Shown in pieces: positions 18,506-27,148 of a stretch of 64,000 bases of DNA. The stretch's first letter is position 1; every line of letters starts with the position of its first letter. Under the pieces are notes generated by a model. The model had not been told where the DNA came from. It was given only the letters and a program-made list of their open reading frames with translations, and ran no database searches. Source of the DNA: Chloroflexota bacterium (GTDB taxonomy: Bacteria > Chloroflexota > UBA11872 > VXOZ01); the NCBI GenBank assembly GCA_963663275.1, contig OY760183.1:992001-1056000 (forward strand), read 5' to 3'. The position numbers and the translations under genes were made by a program.

Positions 18506-18691
18506 AAACCATTGCGGCTTGTCCCCCGCCCGCGTAAGGAAATGGCGGGGGACTAACGGCGGCATGGCGGCGCATCGTTGCGGCCTGGGCCCGCGCCGTC
18601 CCGGGAGCGTCCGCGCGGAACGCCGCCGCAGTTGCGCACCGCCGCGCGCCGTGCCATAATGGGCTCGAATGAACACGACGTGAGGAGACCG

Positions 18692-18940
18692 ATGCCACGA
18701 CTAGACCTCTTCTTCCAGGTGGGCCCTTTCATCAAGTGGGGGCATGACGCCGCTGAGTCCCTCGGCCTGCTGGCGCTGGCCACGAACTATGGGATCTTCG
18801 CCGCCGTGATGTTGGCCACGCTCGCCATCTTCCTGGCGGCGCTGGACTTCCTGGTCTTCCAATTCCGCCGCAAGAAGCTGTGGATCGATTGGGACAAGCC
18901 GGAAGAGCCTTTCGAACCGCAGCCCTACGACGGCCCCTGA
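18692..18940 (+). CDS. Small membrane protein
   Basis: GAGGAG SD, 82 aa with a long hydrophobic stretch followed by RRKK. Confidence 0.65.
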   Translation: MPRLDLFFQVGPFIKWGHDAAESLGLLALATNYGIFAAVMLATLAIFLAALDFLVFQFRRKKLWIDWDKPEEPFEPQPYDGP

Positions 18941-19037
18941 CCCTCTCGGCGCCGGCGCGGCCTACAGTGTCCCAGGGGATCGCTCTGATGTAGCCGCGGC
19001 GAAATCATCGAGCGGCGCCGCCAGGCGGAAGCGCACC

Positions 19038-19679
19038 ATGCACCTACGTTTGCTTATCGCCCTCGCGGCTTTCTTGATGGTGATCGCCTGCGGGTCCCCG
19101 GATGAAACCGGGCCGGCGGCTACGGCTGTGGCTGAGACGCCGGCCACGCCGGAGACTGCGGCCACGCCGGAGACCCCGGCCAAGCCGGAGCCTACCGCCG
19201 CGAAGCCCACGCCCGCGGCCGCGGTTCCCACGCCCTCCGCCGAGACCCTCATCATGCTGCGAGACCCGCTGGACGAGCCGGAGTACTACTGTGTGGACGT
19301 GGCCGGCTTTGGCAGCAATCTCAACCTGGATCGCCCGTTGCAAGCGCACACCTGCAAACCCGGCGCCGACGACGAACTCTTCATCTTCAACTATCCCGCG
19401 CCGGGCCAGTTCTACATGGAACCCTACGACGTGTGCCTGGAGGCGGGCGACGGGGCGCTCTACGTCCGCGCCTGTTCGGACGCGCCCAACCAGCGGTTTG
19501 CGCTGAGCGCGGACGGCGCAATCCAGGCGCAGGGCACCGACCTCTGCCTGGCCGTGCCGGCCGGCGACGGCGAGCCGGCGGGCGGCAGATCTCACTTGCG
19601 GCGCGACCTGCTGCTGCAACCCTGCGCCGACGCCGCGCCGAACCTCTCCCGCTGGCTGCTGCCCGGCCCCAGTCCCTGA
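19038..19679 (+). CDS. Lipoprotein with ricin-B-lectin-like C-terminal domain
   Basis: Lipobox VIAC, Ala/Pro/Thr linker, YCVDV, CLE, NQRF, LCL repeats with paired Cys. Confidence 0.65.
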   Translation: MHLRLLIALAAFLMVIACGSPDETGPAATAVAETPATPETAATPETPAKPEPTAAKPTPAAAVPTPSAETLIMLRDPLDEPEYYCVDVAGFGSNLNLDRPLQAHTCKPGADDELFIFNYPAPGQFYMEPYDVCLEAGDGALYVRACSDAPNQRFALSADGAIQAQGTDLCLAVPAGDGEPAGGRSHLRRDLLLQPCADAAPNLSRWLLPGPSP

Positions 19680-19680
19680 G

Positions 19681-19820
19681 GGGACCTTTGCATAACTCTG
19701 TCATTCCGGCGAAAGCCGGAATCCAGACCGCATTTACAACTAAGAATAGCCAGTTTTCAAGCCTTTACACCCCCATCCCAACCTTCCCCCTCAATGGGGA
19801 AGGGGTTATGCAGAGGTCTC
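19681..19820. mobile_element. 140-bp MITE with IS5-like TIRs, copy 1
   Basis: GGGACCTTTGCATAAC...GTTATGCAGAGGTCTC, flanks CTGAG/CTAAG; carries GTCATTCCGGCGAAAGCCGGAATCC (family E). Confidence 0.8.
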
Positions 19821-19980
19821 CTAAGGGGGCCTTTGCGTTACGCTGCCGAACAGCGCGAACCGGGCGCGGTCGGCGTCGATTTCCCCCCTCACCCCGGCCC
19901 TCTCCCGCAGGGAGAGGGAGTTTCTCTCTTGCAGCCCCCATGCCAGGGAGAGGGGGTTTTCTTGAGCCTGCCGCCTCCGT

Positions 19981-20010
19981 TTGACAGGCCGCCGCCGTCC
20001 CTGCTACTAT
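19981..20010 (+). promoter_or_regulatory. Sigma70-type promoter of the aroF operon leader
   Basis: TTGACA, 18-bp spacer, TACTAT with TG extended -10. Confidence 0.65.
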
Positions 20011-20066
20011 GCATTCGGTTTCAGGCGCGCCTGTTGGGCGCGCAGCGTGGAAAAAGGAAATTGCGG

Positions 20067-20126
20067 GTGTTACGCAGCGTCTTCGCGTACTATTATCTGT
20101 TTATTGAGCCGGAGGGACCGGCTTGA
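20067..20126 (+). CDS. Phe/Tyr-rich attenuator leader peptide MLRSVFAYYYLFIEPEGPA
   Basis: AAGGA SD 8 nt before GTG; TTC-GCG-TAC-TAT-TAT-CTG-TTT codon run; upstream of DAHP synthase. Confidence 0.75.
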   Translation: MLRSVFAYYYLFIEPEGPA

Positions 20127-20182
20127 GCAGATGCGCCTAGTCCCCAGGGACAACGCGAACGCAGAACACACCCTCCGGCGAT

Positions 20183-20218
20183 AGCAGAAAGTGACAAACG
20201 CTTTCTGCTTTTTCTTTT
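20183..20218 (+). terminator. Intrinsic terminator of the aroF attenuator
   Basis: AGCAGAAAG...CTTTCTGCT stem followed by TTTTCTTTT. Confidence 0.85.
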
Positions 20219-20349
20219 GCAGTCTGAGGAGGCATTGCACCGACAAGACCGCGAAATGGGAGTTTGGGAAATAGACTCCACCGTACAGACAAGAGCGCAG
20301 CAGGAAGCGCCGCAAAGCAACCAATGGAGAGGAAACCAGGAGCAGGGAC

Positions 20350-21399
20350 ATGATAGTCATAATGCGCACCGACGCCACCCCGGAGCAGATTGCCGCCGTC
20401 CGGCAGCGGATCGAGGACGGCGGCGTAGAGTCAACCGTCAGCCAGGGCGTCCACAAGACTGTGATCGGCCTTATCGGCAAGCGGCCGCCCGGTATACTGG
20501 AACAGGTCCAAGGCATGTCGGGTGTTGAAATGGTGGTGCCCGTGGACAAGCCGTACAAGTTCGCCGCCCGCACCGAGGGCGGCGCCGACACCCACATCCG
20601 GGTGGGGAACGCGACCATCGGCAGCAACGAGATTGCCGTCATCGGCGGCCCGTGCAGCGTGGAGAGCGAGGAGCAAATCATCGCTACCGCCGAAGCCGTG
20701 AAGCAGGCCGGCGGGCACATCCTGCGCGGCGGCGCGTACAAGCCGCGCACCTCTCCCTACAGTTTCCAGGGCATGGGCGTGCAGGGGTTGGAATTGCTCC
20801 GCGCCGCCTCCGACGCCACGGGCCTGCCGCTCATCACCGAGGTGATGGACCCCCGCCGGGTCTCGCTGGTGGCCGAGTACGTGGACATCCTGCAGATCGG
20901 CGCCCGCAACATGCAGAACTTCACGCTGCTGCAAGAGGTGGGCGCCACGGACAAGCCGGTGCTGCTCAAGCGGGGCATGGCGGCGTCGATCGAAGACCTG
21001 CTCATGTCCGCCGAGTACATCATGGCCGCGGGCAACATGCGCGTGATTCTGTGCGAGCGCGGCATTCGCACCTTCGAGACCGCCACCCGCAACACGCTGG
21101 ACCTCAGCGCCATACCCGTGATCAAGGAACAGTCGCATCTGCCCGTGGTCATCGATCCCAGCCACGCCACCGGCAGGTGGGAATTGGTGAAACCGATGGC
21201 GCTGGCCGCGGTGGCCGCCGGGGCCGACGGCCTGATGATCGAGGTGCACCCGAATCCGGAGCAAGCCCTCTCGGACGGCGCGCAGAGCGTTACGCCCAAG
21301 CGCTTCTTCGACATCATGGACGCCATTCGCAAGGTGGCGGACGCCGTGGGGCGGGAACTCCCGGCCGCCACGGCGGAGATGGAAGCCGCCGCCACGTAA
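20350..21399 (+). CDS. aroF: DAHP synthase type I-beta with N-terminal ACT-like domain
   Basis: [45 protein letters not shown]. Confidence 0.95.
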   Translation: MIVIMRTDATPEQIAAVRQRIEDGGVESTVSQGVHKTVIGLIGKRPPGILEQVQGMSGVEMVVPVDKPYKFAARTEGGADTHIRVGNATIGSNEIAVIGGPCSVESEEQIIATAEAVKQAGGHILRGGAYKPRTSPYSFQGMGVQGLELLRAASDATGLPLITEVMDPRRVSLVAEYVDILQIGARNMQNFTLLQEVGATDKPVLLKRGMAASIEDLLMSAEYIMAAGNMRVILCERGIRTFETATRNTLDLSAIPVIKEQSHLPVVIDPSHATGRWELVKPMALAAVAAGADGLMIEVHPNPEQALSDGAQSVTPKRFFDIMDAIRKVADAVGRELPAATAEMEAAAT

Positions 21400-21429
21400 G
21401 CGCCCGGCCGTTGCCGGAGAGGTCTATCC

Positions 21430-21978
21430 GTGAACGCCTGGGTGCGCATCATCGGCGAGGATGAAGCGGAAGGCGCGCTGCGCGCCGCCTACCAACAGCT
21501 TCTCGGCGAACGGCCGCGCGGCCGGGCGCCGGACTTCCTGCGCCTGCACAGTCTCGTGCCGCGCGCCATCGTGCCGCTGGCGCAACTGCACAAGGCCATT
21601 GCCTACGGTCCCGGCGAGTTGACCCGGGTGCGGCGCGAACTCATCGCCACGGTCGTTTCCGCCACCAACGGCTGCGCGCTCTGCCAGGAACTGCACGGGC
21701 GCCTGCTCCTGCGGCGCATGCGGGACGAGGCGCTGGTGGCGCAGGTGCAGCGCGACTTTCGCGCCGCGCCGCTGGCCGCGGCGGACCGCGCCATGCTGGA
21801 GTACGCCGTGAAACTCACCACCGCGCCGGCGTCCGCCACCAGCGCGGACGTGGCGCGGCTGCGCCGGCTGGGCTTTAGCGACGCCGCCGTGGTGGAAATC
21901 GCGACGCAGACGGCGCTCTTCAACTATCTCAACCGCGTCATCCAGGGTCTCGGCCTGGGAGAACCCGCCGCGCCATGA
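21430..21978 (+). CDS. Peroxidase-related / AhpD-CMD family protein
   Basis: RELIATVVSATNGCALC..HG, YAVKLT, FNYLNR. Confidence 0.85.
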   Translation: MNAWVRIIGEDEAEGALRAAYQQLLGERPRGRAPDFLRLHSLVPRAIVPLAQLHKAIAYGPGELTRVRRELIATVVSATNGCALCQELHGRLLLRRMRDEALVAQVQRDFRAAPLAAADRAMLEYAVKLTTAPASATSADVARLRRLGFSDAAVVEIATQTALFNYLNRVIQGLGLGEPAAP

Positions 21979-23267
21979 AACGCATCCAGCCGCTCGCCCA
22001 TCCCGTAAACGCCGCCGTCACGCTGCCCGGCTCCAAGAGTTACACCAACCGGGCGCTCATCATCGCCGCGCTCGCCGACGGCGTTTCAACACTGCGCCAG
22101 GCGCTCTTCAGCGACGATACGGTCTACATGTGCCAGGCGCTGCGCGCGCTGGGCATTCCGGTAGCGGCGGATGAGGCCGCCAGCACGTTTACGGTGGACG
22201 GCCAAGGCGGCGCCGTTCCCGCCGGCCGGGCCGACCTCTTCGTCGGCAACTCCGGCACCAGCGCGCGCTTCCTGACGGCGTTGGCCGCGCTCGGCCGCGG
22301 CCGCTATTGCGTGGACGGCATCCCGCGTATGCGCGAGCGCCCCATGGCGCCGCTGCTCGCCAGCCTGCGCCAACTGGGCGGCAACGTCCGTTCGCGCTTC
22401 GAAAACGGCTGCCCGCCGATTGAGATTGCGGCAGACGGGCTGCCCGGCGGCGCCGCGCACATGGCCGGCGACCGGAGCAGCCAGTACTTCAGCGCGCTTC
22501 TCATGGCCGCTCCCTACATGCGGGAAGGGCTGGACCTCACCGTGCAGGGACGGCTGGTCCACGGGCAGTACGTCGAGATGACCATCAAGAGCATGGCGGA
22601 CTTCGGCGTGGCGGCGACTGCCGAAGAAGGCCGCCGCTTTTGCGTTGCGCCGGGCCAACGCTACCGCGCCCGCGCCTACGACGTGGAGCCGGACGCTTCC
22701 GCCGCTTCCTACTTCTTCGGCGCGGCGGCCCTCACCGGCGGCACGATCCGCGTGGAGAATCTCGGCGCCGGGTCGGCGCAGGGAGACCTGGCGTTCGTGG
22801 ACGTGCTGGCGGCAATGGGCTGCGCGGTGGAGAAACGCGCCGGCTACGTGCGCGTGACGGGACCCGCCGCGCTGCGGGGCGTAGACGTTGACATGGGCGC
22901 GCTCTCCGATACGTTCATGACCCTGGCCGCGCTGGCGCCGTTCGCGGAAGGGCCCACCGTCATTCGCGGCATCGCCCACACCCGCCTGCAGGAGACCGAT
23001 CGGGTGAGCGCCACCGCCCGGGAATTGCGCAAGCTGGGCGTCGCCGTGACGGAGCGCGACGACAGCCTGCGCATCGAGCCGGGCGTGAAGCATGGCGCTA
23101 CCATCGACCCGCACGACGACCACCGCATCGCCATGAGCTTTGCGCTCATCGGCTTGCGGCTGCCCGGCGTGGTCATCGCCAATCCGGAATGCGTCGCCAA
23201 GACGTTCCCCGATTTCTTCGAACGCCTGGCGGCAGCCACCGCTCCCGCCCACCCCACACCGGCCTAG
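21975..23267 (+). CDS. aroA: EPSP synthase
   Basis: PGSKSYTNR, GNSGTSARF, RPM, SSQYFS, ETDR, DDHRIAM, KTFPDF. Confidence 0.97.
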   Translation: MKRIQPLAHPVNAAVTLPGSKSYTNRALIIAALADGVSTLRQALFSDDTVYMCQALRALGIPVAADEAASTFTVDGQGGAVPAGRADLFVGNSGTSARFLTALAALGRGRYCVDGIPRMRERPMAPLLASLRQLGGNVRSRFENGCPPIEIAADGLPGGAAHMAGDRSSQYFSALLMAAPYMREGLDLTVQGRLVHGQYVEMTIKSMADFGVAATAEEGRRFCVAPGQRYRARAYDVEPDASAASYFFGAAALTGGTIRVENLGAGSAQGDLAFVDVLAAMGCAVEKRAGYVRVTGPAALRGVDVDMGALSDTFMTLAALAPFAEGPTVIRGIAHTRLQETDRVSATARELRKLGVAVTERDDSLRIEPGVKHGATIDPHDDHRIAMSFALIGLRLPGVVIANPECVAKTFPDFFERLAAATAPAHPTPA

Positions 23268-23423
23268 GCTGAATCCTGTAGCCCCGGTAGGCGAAGAGTC
23301 TCCCTCTCCCTGGGAAGAGGGCCGGGGTGAGGGGGAGTCCTCGCCGGTTTCGCCCCACCTTGCAGGAATTGGGCATGAACCGCTGCACAATCTCCCCTCA
23401 CCCTAACCCTCTCCCCAGGCAGA

Positions 23424-23574
23424 GGCTGACAGGGGTATGTAAATGTCATTCCGAGTGGAGCGAGGAATCTAGAAGTGGTGATCTTGCAGGGCTGCGCTTT
23501 AGATTCCTCACTTCGCTCCGCTCCGTTCGGAATGACAAGTGATGTCGATCTTGGAGTACATACCCCTGTCAGCC
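23424..23574. mobile_element. About 150-bp MITE with GGCTGACAGGGGTATGTA TIRs, copy 1, inside a family-D palindrome
   Basis: 18-bp perfect TIR; encloses family F palindrome GTCATTCCGAG...GAGGAATCT / AGATTCCTC...CGGAATGAC. Confidence 0.75.
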
Positions 23575-23655
23575 AGGGAGAGGGGATAAGTGGCGCGCAA
23601 TGCAGGAGCGCGCGGCGGTTGCTATCGCGCCGTACGCCCTGCTACTATCGCTACT

Positions 23656-25932
23656 ATGAAGCGCTTTCATACCACCCATGCGGCGCCGCTCACTGGTTTG
23701 CACCCCTCCCTGGAAGACGCGCCGGAGCACGCGCGCCGCCTGCCTGGTGTCCTCTTCCTCTTCTTTCTGCTTCTGTACGCCCTGACCGCCGGGGGGCATT
23801 CCTACAGCCCTCAGGGGCGCGCCGCCTACGACACGGCCCGCAGCCTTATGCAGGACCCGCGCCAGGCCTTGGCGGGCGAACGGTACCGGGAACTGGAGGG
23901 GTGGGAGATCGGCTTGCCGCTGCTCATGCAGCCCGCCATGTTGCTGGGCGCCGCCATCGAGCCGCTGCTGCCTCGCAAGGACACGTTCCGGCACGAGGGG
24001 CGCACGTATCAAATCGCCGAGTATCCCGTGCTGGCGCCGCGCGGCGCGCCCGGCGCCCGCAACTCGGTCTTCATCCCGCTGGACGACGTGCGCGCCTCGG
24101 GCTTGGTCGTCTTCTCCTTCCTAAGCGACGCCCGCGAGATCGAGGACGGCGCGCGGGTCGCCGCCATTACCCTGAATACGCTCCCCACCGGCAGGTTCTT
24201 CGGCCAGATGCTGGCCGGACGCGATACCGCGGAGTGGTCGTACGACCGGCCTGAGGTTGGCGGCGCCGTGGCGCACGAGCGGGCCAACGCCGCGGCCGGC
24301 CGCATCGGCATTCCCAATTCCCGGGTCTACGTCTCGCAGCTTAACTTTCCGCAGACGTTGACCGTGAAGAGCGCCACGATCCAGTACCTGGCCGACGCGG
24401 GCAATCTGCACGTAGCCTCCCTGAATCTCATCGACGCCGCGGCCAACGCGCCGCTCCTCATCGGCGCGAGCGGGAGCGTGTGGTCCGCGCGGGAGAACAG
24501 CGATTTCTTCATCCGCTTGTTCGCGCTCTTCACCGCCGCCTGGGTATCGGCCCTCAACGCGATGCTGGTCTTCCTGATTACGCGCCGCCTGGGGTACCAC
24601 AGCCACGTGGCCCTGGTCGTGACGATGCTCTTCGGCCTGGCTACGCTGGCTTGGCCCTACGCCACGTACGACTTTGCGGAACCGGGCATCACGCTGGCGC
24701 TGCTGGGAACGGTCTACTTCCTCCAGCGCGGTCTCCAGGGGCAACAGCCCGCCTGGTTGCCGGTTGCCGGCTGCATGCTCTTTGGCGGCATTGTGGTGGA
24801 ATACGCGACGGCGCTGAACCTGGTCGTCCTGGCGTTCGTTCCGGCGCTGGTCAGCCTGCAAAGCGCCCAGCACGTCGCCCGCCGCCTGGCCTGGGCCGGC
24901 ATGGGCACGATTGCGTTCCTGGCCCCGCTCGGGATACTCTGCGCGGCGGCGCTGGCCGTCCTGGCGGCGGGATACGACGCGCAACCGCCAGCGGCCGCGG
25001 ACCTGACGGAGCGCGTGCGCGCCTGGCTGGAGCTCCCGCTCTGGATCGGACTGTTCGGCAATCTCCTGAGTCCGGGCAAGAGCGTCTTCCTCTATGCGCC
25101 GCCGCTCATCCTGGCGCTCTTTGGCAGCCTGTCGTTCGGCGGACGGCACAAGTGGTGGGCGCTGCCGTTCATGGGCATCCCGCTGCTCTACCTCCTGGTG
25201 TACAGCAGCGTGGGCGATTGGTACGGCGGCAGCGGCTGGGGGCCGCGGTACCTGGCGCCGGCCGTGCCCTTGTGCCTGATCATGGCCGCGCCGATCGTGG
25301 AGAAGGCGCTCTTCGACAACGGCGTGCGGGAATTGCGCGCGGTGATCGCGCTGGGGGCGGCCGGCACTGGCGTGCAGATTATCGCGCTGGCGAAGGACTT
25401 CCAGGCCTACGTGGACTTGCTGCGGGGGCAGATACTACCGCAGATTCCGGAGAGCGGCGCGTTCCTGGCCGGGCGCGTGGGGCAGGCCTACTACGCCCTG
25501 CCTGGGCTGGACGCGGCGGATAAGGAGAACGTCCTCTCCCTCTTCGCGGCCCCGTTTTCGCCCCTCTTTGCCCACGTCTGGATGTTGGCGGCGGACATGG
25601 GCCAAATCTTCCTGCCGTCGCGGACGGACGCCGCCCTTGCCGTGCTCGGCCATCCGCCCTGGACGCTGCTGGGCGTGGCAATCTGGCCGCAAGCGCCCGA
25701 ATTGCTGCTGGGGCTCGACTTCTGGACGATGGCGCTGTGGCGAGAGTACAACAACCACGTCATCTTCCTGGCGGTCGTCCTGCTGCTCATCCTGGCGCTG
25801 CAAGGGATGGTGCTCTACTGCTGGGCGTGGCTCTGCCGGCACTTCGAGTTGCGGCTGCGGCTCTACTGGGGCGGCATCATCGCGCTGGCCGCGTTCTTCA
25901 TCCTCTTCGACGTTGCCCACGTCCTGCAATGA
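23656..25932 (+). CDS. Large multi-pass membrane protein, probable GT-C glycosyltransferase
   Basis: Many TM segments; ATLAWPYA, LLSPGKSVFLYAP, WGPRYL motifs; extracellular beta-rich insert. Confidence 0.6.
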   Translation: MKRFHTTHAAPLTGLHPSLEDAPEHARRLPGVLFLFFLLLYALTAGGHSYSPQGRAAYDTARSLMQDPRQALAGERYRELEGWEIGLPLLMQPAMLLGAAIEPLLPRKDTFRHEGRTYQIAEYPVLAPRGAPGARNSVFIPLDDVRASGLVVFSFLSDAREIEDGARVAAITLNTLPTGRFFGQMLAGRDTAEWSYDRPEVGGAVAHERANAAAGRIGIPNSRVYVSQLNFPQTLTVKSATIQYLADAGNLHVASLNLIDAAANAPLLIGASGSVWSARENSDFFIRLFALFTAAWVSALNAMLVFLITRRLGYHSHVALVVTMLFGLATLAWPYATYDFAEPGITLALLGTVYFLQRGLQGQQPAWLPVAGCMLFGGIVVEYATALNLVVLAFVPALVSLQSAQHVARRLAWAGMGTIAFLAPLGILCAAALAVLAAGYDAQPPAAADLTERVRAWLELPLWIGLFGNLLSPGKSVFLYAPPLILALFGSLSFGGRHKWWALPFMGIPLLYLLVYSSVGDWYGGSGWGPRYLAPAVPLCLIMAAPIVEKALFDNGVRELRAVIALGAAGTGVQIIALAKDFQAYVDLLRGQILPQIPESGAFLAGRVGQAYYALPGLDAADKENVLSLFAAPFSPLFAHVWMLAADMGQIFLPSRTDAALAVLGHPPWTLLGVAIWPQAPELLLGLDFWTMALWREYNNHVIFLAVVLLLILALQGMVLYCWAWLCRHFELRLRLYWGGIIALAAFFILFDVAHVLQ

Positions 25933-25962
25933 GCCGCTCCGGTTCGTAATTCTCTTCTCCCT

Positions 25963-26111
25963 GGCTGACAGGGGTATGTACATTGTAATCGACTTCACGT
26001 GTCATTCCGAACGGAGCGCAGCGGAGTGAGGAATCTAGAACGCAACCCTGCAAACCAGCATTCTTAGATTCCTCGCTGCGCTCGGAATGACATTTGCATA
26101 CCCCTGTCAGC
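25963..26111. mobile_element. About 150-bp MITE, copy 2, inverted relative to copy 1
   Basis: GCTGACAGGGGTATG...CATACCCCTGTCAGC; interior resembles the reverse complement of 23424-23574. Confidence 0.75.
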
Positions 26112-26291
26112 GGGGCGAGGGGGGAAAGTGCGGCGCTTACCGCTGGATAGGTAACGCTACGCTCAACATGCGTAGGCTCCGGGCAGCGCAGGCGTTCAAA
26201 CCCGCATGTGCCCGGCGCGGTAGGCGCGCCGCGAGCGCAAGCGGGACACAGCCGGATTATTGGCGCTAGCCGCGTTGGGGAAACGCGGGCT

Positions 26292-26696
26292 TCACGCGCC
26301 GCAGGGCACGACCTGCACCGCCACCGAGCGCCGGGGCCGGGGGCCGTCCAGTTCCACGAAGAAGACGCTCTGCCACGTGCCGAGCACCAGGCGGCCGCGA
26401 TGCACGGGGATTGTAATGCTGCATCCCACGATGCCGGCGGTGAGGTGCGAGCGGGCGTTATTGTCCACGCAGTCGTGCCGGTAGCGGGCTTGCGGCAGCA
26501 AGGTGCGCACCACGGACTCGAAGTCCTGCTTCAGCCCCGGCTCGTTTTCGTTGACAATCACACTGGAGGTCGTATGCAAGCAGAAGACGCTACACACGCC
26601 TTCCGCTATGCCGGATTCCGCCACGGCGTCGTGAAGGTCGCTGGTGATGTCTACCAGTTCGGTAGCGTGCGCGGTCGCAACGGTAATCGTCTTCAT
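26292..26696 (-). CDS. yjbQ: YjbQ / UPF0047 family protein
   Basis: VDIT, HTTS..IVNENEP, NARSH, LGTWQSVFFVELDGPRPR. Confidence 0.9.
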   Translation of the reverse strand: MKTITVATAHATELVDITSDLHDAVAESGIAEGVCSVFCLHTTSSVIVNENEPGLKQDFESVVRTLLPQARYRHDCVDNNARSHLTAGIVGCSITIPVHRGRLVLGTWQSVFFVELDGPRPRRSVAVQVVPCGA

Positions 26697-26851
26697 GGCT
26701 CTGATTCCACGATACCACACGACTCCGCACTGAGACAAAGAAGATGATACTGGGAAGAGAGATAGGGAACCGGCAGACTCAGATACGATGCCTTCATGGA
26801 AGCACGCATAGGTTGGATCGCGCATGTCGCCGCTTGTAGGTTGTGCGGGAC

Positions 26852-27132
26852 TGTCATTCCGAGCGCAGCGAGGAATCTAGGATTCCCGCTAGTCTGGCTG
26901 CTTAGATTCCTCGCTGCGCTCGGAATGACACATGGCTGCGCTCGGAGTGACACGTGGCTGCGCTCGGAATGACACGTGGCTGCGCTCGGAGTGACACGTG
27001 GCTGCGCTCGGAATGACACATGGCTGCGCTCGGAATGACACATGGCTGCGCTCGGAGTGACACATGGCTGCGCTCGGAGTGACACATGGCTGCGCTCGGA
27101 GTGACACATGGCTGCGCTCGGAGTGACACGTA
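26852..27132. repeat. Family F palindrome whose right arm is expanded to 10 x 22-bp tandem units (26913-27132)
   Basis: GCTGCGCTCGGARTGACACRTG x10; left arm TGTCATTCCGAGCGCAGCGAGGAATCT at 26852-26878. Confidence 0.92.
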
Positions 27133-27148
27133 GTCGGGCACAATTCGG

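Noticed and set aside
20011-20220. T-box riboswitch before aroF
   Set aside because: No GGTGG.ACC T-box or specifier stem seen; leader peptide explains the region better.
21660-21700. Selenocysteine in AhpD-like protein
   Set aside because: Motif is CALC with ordinary TGC codons, no in-frame TGA.
26913-27132. CRISPR array
   Set aside because: Units are contiguous with no unique spacers; no cas genes in window.
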